Assembly (NCBI GenBank): GCA_965261395.1
Contig: OZ253462.1
Location: 3,776,001 to 3,840,000, forward strand
Direction: 5' to 3'
DNA length: 64,000 nt
Source of the DNA: Candidatus Latescibacterota bacterium
GTDB taxonomy: Bacteria; Latescibacterota; UBA2968; UBA8231
How positions within the stretch are numbered: the stretch's first letter is position 1; every line of letters begins with the position of its first letter. Below the pieces are notes generated by a model. The model had not been told where the DNA came from. It did not search any database and was given only the letters and a program-made list of their open reading frames with translations. The position numbers and the translations under genes are program-made. This document shows, piece after piece, positions 50,541-59,123 of the stretch.

Positions 50541-51099
50541 CGCGTGTCTCCGGGGTTTGGTCTTCGGTCAGGGCGTGCACCCGCGCCAAAAATTGGTCGA
50601 GCAGCATGCCTTGGACCGGTTCGTTGGGCGGCGCCTTTTTGGGCGCGCTCTGCGGCTCGGCGTGCAGCGTAAGGCCGTCTAGCTCTTGGAAGACGTGTGG
50701 TCTGTTGGCTCCGCTGCGCTTTATGGCGAAGTGTCCCTGAGCCAGTCCGACCGGCCAGGAGTGCCCCAATGCGTTCGCCGCGGTGAGAAAGAGCACCGCC
50801 TCGTCGCCGGGGGCGAAGACGGGCATGCCGACGATATGGGTAAAAACGCCTTGCAGATTTCCGCCGGGCAGGTGCAATTCCAGTTGCGAGATCGCTGGCC
50901 CTTTGATGGCTTGGGAGACGGAGAACACATAGCGGGTATAGATCTGTCCGCGCACCCATTGAGGCTGGGCTTGGCTACAGACTCCGACGACGATGCGTTC
51001 GGCACTGGCGGTCAGAGCCGCCAAATCGAAGCGCTGGACTGTAGTAGCCGCAAGTGGAGTGGTTAGCCAGACTAGACAGAATGCAATGCGAGCGATCAT
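50530..51099 (-). CDS. Secreted hypothetical protein translationally coupled to the matrixin gene
   Basis: Signal peptide; GAGGAG RBS; 11-bp overlap with the downstream gene. Confidence 0.8.
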   Translation of the reverse strand: MIARIAFCLVWLTTPLAATTVQRFDLAALTASAERIVVGVCSQAQPQWVRGQIYTRYVFSVSQAIKGPAISQLELHLPGGNLQGVFTHIVGMPVFAPGDEAVLFLTAANALGHSWPVGLAQGHFAIKRSGANRPHVFQELDGLTLHAEPQSAPKKAPPNEPVQGMLLDQFLARVHALTEDQTPETRDAH

Positions 51100-51153
51100 T
51101 GCGCTTATCTCCTCAGGGATACTCGCTCTTTGCGCATAGAATCAATATCCATA

Positions 51154-51181
51154 TTAGACGCTAGGGAGCGGTTAGGGTTGC
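51154..51181 (-). promoter_or_regulatory. Putative ECF-sigma promoter of the matrixin operon
   Basis: GCAACC-N15-CGTCTAA on the minus strand (AAC/CGT ECF pattern). Confidence 0.5.
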
Positions 51182-51267
51182 CTAGGGGGCTTGGGATACT
51201 CGCTCTCTCGGAGATGTTGGTTTAAAATATTATAAAGCAATAAGTTAAGTTCTGTTTGGCCTATTCA

Positions 51268-51296
51268 TTGACACTTACGTTCACGTCAAGTACATT
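51268..51296 (+). promoter_or_regulatory. Sigma70 promoter with a MerR-type palindrome in the spacer
   Basis: TTGACA-CTTACGTTCACGTCAAG-TACATT. Confidence 0.75.
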
Positions 51297-51329
51297 GCTT
51301 GCCAGAACCTCGCAGCGAAGGATGTCTCC

Positions 51330-51791
51330 ATGCAAATAGGGGATCTGGCCGCTAAGGCCGGAGTTACGCCGCGCACGATTCGCTACTATGAAGAATTGGG
51401 AATCGTCGAGCCGGAGGAGCGCACCGCAGGCGGGTTTCGCCTGTATTCGGAAGCGCAATTGCGCCGCTTGCAAATCGTCCAAAACCTCAAGGATTTGGGG
51501 TTCGGGCTAGAGCATATCCGTGCGTTTTTCAACCTGAAGCACTGCAACGAGTCGGGGGGGGGCTTGGCGCGCGAGCTCGTCGAGCACCTAACCGAGCAAG
51601 AGCGCCAGATCGACGAGCGCATTCGCCAGTACTCGCTTATGAAGGAGCGGAATCGGCGGGCCATTGAAATTCTCAGTGGCTGTTTTTGCTGTACGGTCAA
51701 GGTCGTCGAGCGAGATTGCCACCACTGTGAGGTCTATCGGAAGCACGACGAGGTTCCCGACCTCATCGAATGCGCCATTTACGAATCTTGA
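51330..51791 (+). CDS. MerR-family regulator with a Cys-rich C-terminus
   Basis: IGDLA..GVTPRTIRYYE..G..GFRLYS HTH; CFCC-x8-CHHC-x13-C. Confidence 0.92.
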   Translation: MQIGDLAAKAGVTPRTIRYYEELGIVEPEERTAGGFRLYSEAQLRRLQIVQNLKDLGFGLEHIRAFFNLKHCNESGGGLARELVEHLTEQERQIDERIRQYSLMKERNRRAIEILSGCFCCTVKVVERDCHHCEVYRKHDEVPDLIECAIYES

Positions 51792-51804
51792 GGGGATGTA
51801 ATCT

Positions 51805-52128
51805 ATGGTAACTATAACGGAAGCTGCGGCTGAGAAGATTAGGGATTTGCTCGGCGAACAGGGCAACGAGGGGCACGGGTTGCGCATGGGCGTGATGGGT
51901 GGGGGGTGTTCGGGGTTCCAGTACAAGCTGGATTTCGAGCAAAGTGCCGGCGACATGGACCACGTCTTTGATATCTCCGGCGTCAAGATCATCATCGACA
52001 TGAAGAGCAGTCTCTATCTCAGCGGCGTGACGCTCGACTACCACGACGGGCTGATGGGGGCGGGTTTTAAGATCGAAAATCCCAACGCCCGCACTACCTG
52101 TGGATGCGGTGAGTCCTTCAGCGCCTGA
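51805..52128 (+). CDS. iscA: A-type Fe-S carrier (IscA/ErpA/HesB)
   Basis: GGGCSG, NPN..TCGCGESF. Confidence 0.93.
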   Translation: MVTITEAAAEKIRDLLGEQGNEGHGLRMGVMGGGCSGFQYKLDFEQSAGDMDHVFDISGVKIIIDMKSSLYLSGVTLDYHDGLMGAGFKIENPNARTTCGCGESFSA

Positions 52129-52138
52129 GCGACGGGCC

Positions 52139-53311
52139 GTGCAGATCCCAGTCTATATGGACAACATGGCCACCACGCCGGTTGATCCGCGCGTCTTGGC
52201 AGACATGTTGCCGTACTTCGGCACGCACTTCGGCAATGCGGCCAGCAAGACCCACGCCTTTGGTTTAGCAGCCGCCGACGCCGTTGAGAGGGCACGAGAA
52301 GAGGTGGCTGGGTTGATCGGCGCGCGTGCTCAGGAGATCGTCTTTACGGCCGGAGCTACAGAGGCCAACAATTTGGCTATAAAAGGCACGGTTCAGATGG
52401 CACCCCTTGGGGCGCATATCGTCACCTGTGCCATTGAGCATAAGGCCGTCTTGGAGTGTTGCCACACCTTGGAGAAGCAAGGGGTGGAGGTTACTTATTT
52501 GCCCGTGGACCGCGACGGTCAGATTGACCTCGACCAGCTAGCGGCGGCAATCACGCCGCGGACGGTCCTCATCTCGCTCATGGCCGCCAACAACGAGATT
52601 GGGGTCTTGCAGCCGCTGACGGCGATTGGGCGGCTAGCCCGCGAGCGCGGCGTCTTGTGGCACTGCGACGCAGCTCAAGCCGTCGGCAAGGTGCCGCTCG
52701 ATGTGGAAGCGCTCGGCATCGACCTGCTCTCGGCCTCCGGTCACAAGCTCTACGCTCCTAAGGGCGTCGGCTTTCTCTACGTGCGCTCGCGCAAGCCGCG
52801 CGTGCGTTTGCAGGCTCAAGTCGAAGGTGGCGGGCAGGAGCGCGGCCTGCGCGGCGGCACCCTCAATGTGCCAGGGATCGTCGGTTTGGGGCGCGCCTGT
52901 CAGTTGGGGCGAGAGGAGATGTCTGCGGAAGCGGCGCGGCTGGTGCAGATGCGGCGGCGGCTATGCGCCGGGTTAGAGGCCGCGATCGGTCCCTTGGGCG
53001 TCAACGGCCATGCGGAAGAGCGCCTGCCGGGCAACCTCAACGTGAGCTTTCCCGGGGTTGACGGCACTGAACTACTCTTGGGATTGCGCGAGATCGCGCT
53101 GTCTTCGGGCGCGGCCTGCTCATCGCGGACGGGTGCGCCCTCACACGTCCTCAGAGCCATCGGCGCAAGCGACGATTTGGCGCGGGCCTCCCTGCGCTTT
53201 GGGTTGGGGCGTTTTAATACTATGGCAGAAGTGGAGTTTGCCATCGACCGCACAGCCGCGCAGGTTGCGCGCTTGCGCGACGGTGCATTAGCAATCGAGG
53301 AGAGAGTATGA
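52139..53311 (+). CDS. iscS: Cysteine desulfurase, IscS class
   Basis: YMDNMATTP, ANNEIG, SGHKLY, SSGAACSS. Confidence 0.94.
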   Translation: MQIPVYMDNMATTPVDPRVLADMLPYFGTHFGNAASKTHAFGLAAADAVERAREEVAGLIGARAQEIVFTAGATEANNLAIKGTVQMAPLGAHIVTCAIEHKAVLECCHTLEKQGVEVTYLPVDRDGQIDLDQLAAAITPRTVLISLMAANNEIGVLQPLTAIGRLARERGVLWHCDAAQAVGKVPLDVEALGIDLLSASGHKLYAPKGVGFLYVRSRKPRVRLQAQVEGGGQERGLRGGTLNVPGIVGLGRACQLGREEMSAEAARLVQMRRRLCAGLEAAIGPLGVNGHAEERLPGNLNVSFPGVDGTELLLGLREIALSSGAACSSRTGAPSHVLRAIGASDDLARASLRFGLGRFNTMAEVEFAIDRTAAQVARLRDGALAIEERV

Positions 53312-54495
53312 CTGTTACATCCAATCAGCTACTAGAGCGCGTAAAGGCCGAAATCGCCGAAGTGCCCCCGGCCGCGGTCCAAGCGGCCCGCCAAGCCGGC
53401 CGGCCGGTTCACATCGTAGATGTGCGCGAGCGGGAAGAGGTCATGGACGGCTATATCCCTGGGGCCGATTTGATCCCACGCGGTTTTTTGGAACTCAACA
53501 TCGAGGAAGACGTGACCGTAGATCGCGACGCGGAAATCGTGCTCTATTGCGCCGGGGGCAACCGCTCGGCCTTGGCGGTGCGCGATTTGGCCTTTATGGG
53601 CTACACCAATGCCAAGTCCATGATCGGCGGTTTCAAAGGCTGGAAGGATGCCGGCTATGCGATCGAGCAGGGCGGCCTGCTCTCCGAAGAGGACTTGCAG
53701 CGCTACGCCCGGCATCTCATTCTGCCCGAAGTCGGGGAGAAGGGGCAGCAGCAGTTGCTCAAGGGGCGGGTGCTGCTGGTAGGGGCGGGTGGCTTGGGTT
53801 GCCCGACGGCCCTCTACTTGGCCGCGGCCGGCGTTGGCAAGATCGGCTTGGTAGATGCCGATGTCGTCGATAAAAGCAACTTGCAGCGGCAAGTGCTTTT
53901 CGGCGAGTCCGATCTCGGTCGGCCCAAAGTCGAGGCCGCCCGCGACCGGCTGCTCGATATCAATCCCGGCATCGAGGTACACACGCACTACGAGCTACTG
54001 ACATCGCACAATATTTTCGAGGTCATGGATGGCTACGACATCGTAGTCAATGGCTGCGACAACTTCCCGACCCGCTATTTGGTCAACGACGCGGCCGTAA
54101 TGCAGAAAAAGCCCGTGGTTGACGGCAGTATTTTTCGCTTTGAGGGCCAAGCCACCGTGTACGTACCCGGGGACGGCCCGTGCTATCGCTGCCTCTATCC
54201 CGAGCCGCCGCCGCCCGGGGAGGTGCCTAGCTGCGCCGAGGGTGGGGTCTTAGGGGTCTTGCCCGGCATCATCGGGTTAGTGCAGGCCACCGAGGTCATC
54301 AAGCTGCTGTTGGGACAGGGCACCTCCTTGGTGGGGAGGGTGATGCTCTACGACGCGATGGAGATGAAATTCCGCGAACTCAAGCTCCGGCGCGACAGTG
54401 AGTGCCCGGTGTGTGGCGACAGCCCGACCGTCACCGAGCTGATTGACTACGAGCAGTTTTGCGGCCTGCCCTCGCATAGCGAGGCCGCGGGTTGA
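53308..54495 (+). CDS. moeB: Rhodanese-MoeB fusion (sulfur-carrier adenylyltransferase/sulfurtransferase)
   Basis: N-terminal rhodanese (DVRE, YCAGGNRS), RYARH, GAGGLG, SNLQRQ, CYRC, CPVC. Confidence 0.93.
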   Translation: MTVTSNQLLERVKAEIAEVPPAAVQAARQAGRPVHIVDVREREEVMDGYIPGADLIPRGFLELNIEEDVTVDRDAEIVLYCAGGNRSALAVRDLAFMGYTNAKSMIGGFKGWKDAGYAIEQGGLLSEEDLQRYARHLILPEVGEKGQQQLLKGRVLLVGAGGLGCPTALYLAAAGVGKIGLVDADVVDKSNLQRQVLFGESDLGRPKVEAARDRLLDINPGIEVHTHYELLTSHNIFEVMDGYDIVVNGCDNFPTRYLVNDAAVMQKKPVVDGSIFRFEGQATVYVPGDGPCYRCLYPEPPPPGEVPSCAEGGVLGVLPGIIGLVQATEVIKLLLGQGTSLVGRVMLYDAMEMKFRELKLRRDSECPVCGDSPTVTELIDYEQFCGLPSHSEAAG

Positions 54496-54521
54496 TCTCG
54501 ATTCACAGTTATTATTTGCAC

Positions 54522-54557
54522 GGCGCTCTCTCGCACTAGGGGGAGCGCCTTTTCTTT
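54522..54557 (+). terminator. Intrinsic terminator after moeB
   Basis: GGCGCTCTC...GGGAGCGCC stem followed by TTTTCTTT. Confidence 0.7.
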
Positions 54558-54569
54558 GGGGATAATTTG

Positions 54570-55172
54570 ATGGAGGAGACCGGGGCGGGTTTTTTGGCGT
54601 TACCGGATAACCCAGACCGGGACCCGACGTTGGTTTGGCGGGAAGTTTTTGGCAACGACCAGCCGGTGGAGGTCGAAATCGGCATTGGCAAAGGACGCTT
54701 TATTATTGATGCTGCCAGCCGTCAGCCCGCAGTGAATTTCGTTGGGGTCGAATGGGCGGCCAAATACGTGCGCATTGCCCGCCAGCGCACCGCGCGTCGC
54801 AACCTTGGCAACGTGCGGTGCGCACATATGGATGCGCGGGAATTCGTCGAGCTCTTCGTGGCCGCTGCATCGGTGCGGGCCTATCACATCTATTTTCCCG
54901 ATCCCTGGCCCAAGAAGCGGCATCACAAGCGGCGGCTCTTCAATGAGGAATTTCTGCGCGAAGTCGAACGCACTTTGTGCGTGGGTGGTCAGTTATGGCT
55001 GGCCACGGATTACGCCGACTATTTCGACGTCATGCTCGCCGCGTTGGAAACTAGCTCGTGCTTGGTGGAGGCGGATGCCGAGTGGCTTGGGGCGCGGACG
55101 AATTACGAAGACAAGTTTCTCGCGCAGGGCAAGCCGATCTACCGCCGGGTCATGGAGAAGATACCGGCGTAA
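54570..55172 (+). CDS. trmB: tRNA (guanine-N7)-methyltransferase
   Basis: EIGIGKG, FPDPWPKKRHHKRRL, ATD, TNYEDKF. Confidence 0.95.
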   Translation: MEETGAGFLALPDNPDRDPTLVWREVFGNDQPVEVEIGIGKGRFIIDAASRQPAVNFVGVEWAAKYVRIARQRTARRNLGNVRCAHMDAREFVELFVAAASVRAYHIYFPDPWPKKRHHKRRLFNEEFLREVERTLCVGGQLWLATDYADYFDVMLAALETSSCLVEADAEWLGARTNYEDKFLAQGKPIYRRVMEKIPA

Positions 55173-55192
55173 AGGTACCCACTGAGCACGCA

Positions 55193-55227
55193 AAAAGGGG
55201 TTGGCCATCGCATGGCCAACCCCTTTT
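55193..55227. terminator. Bidirectional intrinsic terminator
   Basis: Perfect 16-bp IR AAAAGGGGTTGGCCAT-cgc-ATGGCCAACCCCTTTT. Confidence 0.85.
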
Positions 55228-55373
55228 CTATGTCAAGATGACAGTAGAGGCGATAATTAAAGAGAGCGGGTAGTAATTGGGGTGCACACAAGATAGTGTG
55301 ATATGCACACAAATAAGTGTAATCAATTCTTTAAAATGGCCGTATCTATCTGAAAAATATGGAAAAAATGTGC

Positions 55374-55437
55374 TTGACAGTCCTATTCACATAGGTGTAT
55401 TTTGGAAAGTGGTGGAAAGTGGTGGAAAGTGGTGGAA
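55374..55437 (+). promoter_or_regulatory. dcw promoter with MraZ-binding repeats
   Basis: TTGACA at 55374; TGGAAAGTGG x3 (GTGG-N6-GTGG) at 55403-55437. Confidence 0.85.
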
Positions 55438-55466
55438 CAGGGATTTTAACCTGACACAGGCATCAA

Positions 55467-55901
55467 ATGGCACAGTTTTTCACAGGGAGACACGAGGTTC
55501 CTGTCGATGACAAGGGAAGGATTTTTGTGCCTGCGGAGTTCCGCAAGAAACTGCCGCCAGAAGCTGACGACACGCTCGTGGTGGTGCGGGGTTTCGACCG
55601 ATGCCTGACGGCCTATCCCCTGCACATTTGGGAAGAGACCGCTCAAAAGCTGTTAGACTTGCCCCAGACCAATCCCGAAGTGAGGGCCTTTATCCGCTCC
55701 ATGCTCTCGCACGCAGCTGAAGTCAAAATGGACCGGCAGGGGCGAATCGGTATTCGGCGAGATCTCTTGAAGCTCGCTAATATCAACGGCCAGATGGTGA
55801 TTATTGGAGTTTTGAACAAGTTGGAGTTTTGGAATCCAGACGACTGCGAGGAGTTCCCGCCCATGGAAGAAGTGGCGGATAGCTTCGATATAAACCTGTA
55901 A
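55467..55901 (+). CDS. mraZ: Transcriptional regulator MraZ
   Basis: DDKGR and DRQGR motifs; first gene of the dcw cluster. Confidence 0.95.
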   Translation: MAQFFTGRHEVPVDDKGRIFVPAEFRKKLPPEADDTLVVVRGFDRCLTAYPLHIWEETAQKLLDLPQTNPEVRAFIRSMLSHAAEVKMDRQGRIGIRRDLLKLANINGQMVIIGVLNKLEFWNPDDCEEFPPMEEVADSFDINL

Positions 55902-55931
55902 AGAATTAAACAATGCTAAACTGGGAACAAC

Positions 55932-56858
55932 ATGGCGTACCACATTCCGGTCATGGTCGAGGAAGTGGTCGCGGGGCTGGTCGCCGATCCGGACGGAGCG
56001 TACGTGGATGCGACGGTCGGCGGCGGCGGCCACAGTTGGGCATTGCTTCAGGCCCTCGGTCCCAAGGGGCGATTGCTCGCAGTGGATCGGGACCAGGAAG
56101 CCGTAGCGGCAGCGCGAGCGAGATTGGCGGCAGATACGAGGGTCGTCGTGCGGCGCGGTCGCTTTGCCGAGTTGAGCGAGTTGCTGGTGCAGGAGGGGAT
56201 CGGGCCGTTGAGCGGAGTCCTGTTCGACTTAGGGGTTTCTTCGCATCAGATAGACGCACCGGTTCGGGGATTCAGCTATCAGGCCGATGGGCCTCTCGAC
56301 ATGCGGATGGAGGCGGAAGTTGGCCCCACGGCCGCCGAATTGATAGCGATGTGCAGCGAGGCCGAACTGACCGAGCTGATTACGCGCTACGGGGAAGAGC
56401 GCGCGGCGCGGCGCATCGCGCGCTCGATCTGCCGACAGCAGCGGCTCGCACCCTTGACCACTACGCAGGCTTTGCGGCAGGCTGTAGCCGCTACACGGCC
56501 CCAGATGCTCAACAAGACGCTGGCGCGCGTGTTCCAAGCGCTGCGCATTGCCGTCAACGACGAGTTGGGGCAGTTGCAGGCGGGGTTGACGGCTGTGGAG
56601 GTGGGGCTGAAGCCCGGCGGCCGGCTGGCCGCCGTGGCCTATCACTCCTTGGAGGATCGGTTGGTCAAGCAGCATCTCGCGGCACTGGTGCGCGGCTGTA
56701 TTTGTCCGCCGCGCATGCCCGTTTGCACCTGCGGGCGGAAACCGTCGTTCAAGCGAGTGGGTCACAAGTTGCAGAAGGCGAGCGAGGCCGAGGTGAAACA
56801 AAATACTCGAGCGCGCAGCGCCGTTTTGAGAATCTACGAAAAAACCGAGGTAGGCTGA
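55932..56858 (+). CDS. rsmH: 16S rRNA C1402 methyltransferase
   Basis: HIPVM, DAT.GGGGHS, DLGVSS, FQALRIAVNDEL, HSLEDR. Confidence 0.97.
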   Translation: MAYHIPVMVEEVVAGLVADPDGAYVDATVGGGGHSWALLQALGPKGRLLAVDRDQEAVAAARARLAADTRVVVRRGRFAELSELLVQEGIGPLSGVLFDLGVSSHQIDAPVRGFSYQADGPLDMRMEAEVGPTAAELIAMCSEAELTELITRYGEERAARRIARSICRQQRLAPLTTTQALRQAVAATRPQMLNKTLARVFQALRIAVNDELGQLQAGLTAVEVGLKPGGRLAAVAYHSLEDRLVKQHLAALVRGCICPPRMPVCTCGRKPSFKRVGHKLQKASEAEVKQNTRARSAVLRIYEKTEVG

Positions 56859-56859
56859 T

Positions 56860-57159
56860 ATGAGCAAAGGTGGAATTTTCTGTGCGAAGTACGTGCTCCT
56901 CATAGGGATACTGGCCGGGGCGGCCCTCTTCCACGTCTGGCAAAAGGTCGAAATGGCCCGGGTGGCCGGCGGTATTAGCACGGCTGAGACGCAAATAGTC
57001 GAACTCGACAGAGAACGCACCCAGCTATTGGCAGCCATCTCGGTGCGGAAAAAATCCGGTTTTGTCGAGAAGGTGGCCTTCGGACAGCTCGGCATGGTCT
57101 ACCCCTCGAAAACGGTGGATAGCATGGGCGGCGCATTGGCGCATTGGGAAGGGGATTGA
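56860..57159 (+). CDS. ftsL: Cell division protein FtsL-like
   Basis: Single TM helix + coiled coil, LGM motif; between rsmH and ftsI. Confidence 0.8.
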   Translation: MSKGGIFCAKYVLLIGILAGAALFHVWQKVEMARVAGGISTAETQIVELDRERTQLLAAISVRKKSGFVEKVAFGQLGMVYPSKTVDSMGGALAHWEGD

Positions 57160-59123
57160 TGGGACCACGGGTCCACCATACGGGCATTGGTCGGCTGCGC
57201 TGGGTCGTAGTTTTGGGTGCGGTGGCGTGGTTAGGTTTGTCCGCACGCCTCGTCCAAATCCAGATTTTCAGGCACGAGGCGTACAGCGCCGAGGCCCACG
57301 AGCAGTATCTTGCGCGTCGCACCCTGAAAGCGAGTCGGGGTCGGGTCGTAGATCGGCGCGGCAACAACTTGGCCGTGGATGTCCAAGCCACGTCTTTTTA
57401 CGCCAACCCCGAGCAGGTTGAGGAGCCCAAGCGCGTAGCTGCCCACTTCGCGCCCCTGAGCGATAATCGGGCCGAGTCCATCGAGCGCCAATTGCGCGGG
57501 GACAAGCAATTTATCTATCTGGCGCGTCAGGTAGTTGACGCGAACGTGGGCAAGGTCGCGTACGCCGGCGTGTTCCAACACCCGGAGACCCGCCGCCAGT
57601 ACCCCTTGGGGTCGCTGGCCGGCCAACTCATCGGGCACACCAACATCGACAACATCGGCCGCGAGGGGATTGAGCGGGCCTTCGACGACATGCTGCGCGA
57701 AAAGGACGGCTCGATATTGGAATACGTCGATGCGCGGGGCAAGCAAGTGCCCGGGCGGCATCAGCGACGCGAAGAGCCGGAGCATGGCCGCGACCTGATG
57801 CTGACCATCGACGCGGTCTATCAGAGCATTCTAGAGGAAGAGTTGCAACGGGCCATAGACGGCTCAAAGGCCCAAGGAGCTTTGGGCGTCATCATCGCCC
57901 CGCGCAGCGGCGAGGTACTGGCTATGGCCAATCTGCCGCTTTTCGACCCCAATAAGGCGTCTCGCTCATCGCCGGAACTCAGGCGCAACCGCGCAATAAC
58001 TGACGTGTACGAACCGGGTTCAACCTTCAAAATCATCGCGGTCGCCGCCGTCCTTGAAGACAGGCTTGCCAGCCTACACGATCGCGTCTTTTGCGAACAG
58101 GGAATATTCAAGTTAGCCAATGGGGACACGATCCGCGATACTCAGCCCCACGGCGATTTGCTCTTTGCTCAGGTTTTGGAAAAATCGAGTAACATCGGCA
58201 CGATCAAGCTGGCACAGCGGCTGTCGCGGGCCCGTTTTTACGAATACATCCGCAATTTTGGCTTTGCCATTCGCACCGGCATTGACTTGCCGGCGGAAAC
58301 GCCTGGTTTATTGCAGGAGGTCGATGAGTGGTCCAAGCGGTCGCTGGCGACCATTGCTATCGGGCAGGAAATTGGCGTGACCGCCTTACAGCTCGCCATG
58401 GCGTACGGGGCTATTGCCAACGGCGGTGTGCTGATGGTACCGAGGCTCGTCGCCGGAACGATTGGCCCGAAGGGTCAGTTCGACGATCGCGGTGGTCCCC
58501 AACCGATCCGTCGGGTTGTGAGCCGGCAGACGGCAAGGACGCTGAACGAGGTGCTGACCGGAGTCGTGGAAAGGGGTACCGGACAAAAGGCCCGCATCAA
58601 GGGTGTGGCCGTGGCCGGGAAGACGGGCACAGCCCAGCGCGCCGTAGTCGGTGGTAGTGGCTACGACCCCAACGCCAGAATCGCTTCATTCGTCGGATTC
58701 CTACCGGCTAACGATCCTCAGTACGCGTGCGTGATTATGGTCGAAAATCCCCGCGTGAACGGGTGGGGAGGATACGTAGCGGCCCCGGCCTTCCGCCGGG
58801 TGATGGAGCGGATCATCAGCCTGCCCGGCGGCCTGTTGGTCGAGCCGGCGGCCAAACATCCGCAGAAAGAGGAGCCAGCCGTGCCGGACCTGCGCGGCAT
58901 GACCCAAGCGGTCGCCCGCTTTCAGGCAAAGATGCGGGGATTGCCGGTGGCCTTTTCCGGCGCGGGCACCGTGGTCGTCAATCAGTCACCCCTGCCGGGC
59001 CGGGCCGGCCACGTCGAGCAAATTAACTGCATGCTGGGCAATGAGGCCGCCCGTGGCTCGTGGAAAACGCGGCAGGCGCGCTTGGTCGGAAACATTCCAG
59101 CCCAAAGTTCGGGAGGTATTTAG
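57159..59123 (+). CDS. ftsI: Class B PBP (FtsI) with a PASTA-like tail
   Basis: RG..DR, EPGSTFK, SSN, KTG. Confidence 0.93.
   Translation: MGPRVHHTGIGRLRWVVVLGAVAWLGLSARLVQIQIFRHEAYSAEAHEQYLARRTLKASRGRVVDRRGNNLAVDVQATSFYANPEQVEEPKRVAAHFAPLSDNRAESIERQLRGDKQFIYLARQVVDANVGKVAYAGVFQHPETRRQYPLGSLAGQLIGHTNIDNIGREGIERAFDDMLREKDGSILEYVDARGKQVPGRHQRREEPEHGRDLMLTIDAVYQSILEEELQRAIDGSKAQGALGVIIAPRSGEVLAMANLPLFDPNKASRSSPELRRNRAITDVYEPGSTFKIIAVAAVLEDRLASLHDRVFCEQGIFKLANGDTIRDTQPHGDLLFAQVLEKSSNIGTIKLAQRLSRARFYEYIRNFGFAIRTGIDLPAETPGLLQEVDEWSKRSLATIAIGQEIGVTALQLAMAYGAIANGGVLMVPRLVAGTIGPKGQFDDRGGPQPIRRVVSRQTARTLNEVLTGVVERGTGQKARIKGVAVAGKTGTAQRAVVGGSGYDPNARIASFVGFLPANDPQYACVIMVENPRVNGWGGYVAAPAFRRVMERIISLPGGLLVEPAAKHPQKEEPAVPDLRGMTQAVARFQAKMRGLPVAFSGAGTVVVNQSPLPGRAGHVEQINCMLGNEAARGSWKTRQARLVGNIPAQSSGGI

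Noticed and set aside
53308-54495. MoeB as an E1 enzyme for UBact
   Set aside because: UBact lacks the beta-grasp fold and Gly-Gly end that MoeB/E1 enzymes need, and a PafA-type ligase is already in its operon.
55403-55437. 10-bp tandem repeat as a novel element
   Set aside because: It matches the known MraZ-binding GTGG repeats upstream of mraZ.
55913-56863. 316-aa ORF overlapping rsmH, and similar long shadow ORFs (16225-17148, 19181-20203, 49278-50180)
   Set aside because: Arg/Gly/Ala-rich alternative-frame or antisense ORFs expected in GC-rich DNA; they overlap well-supported genes.
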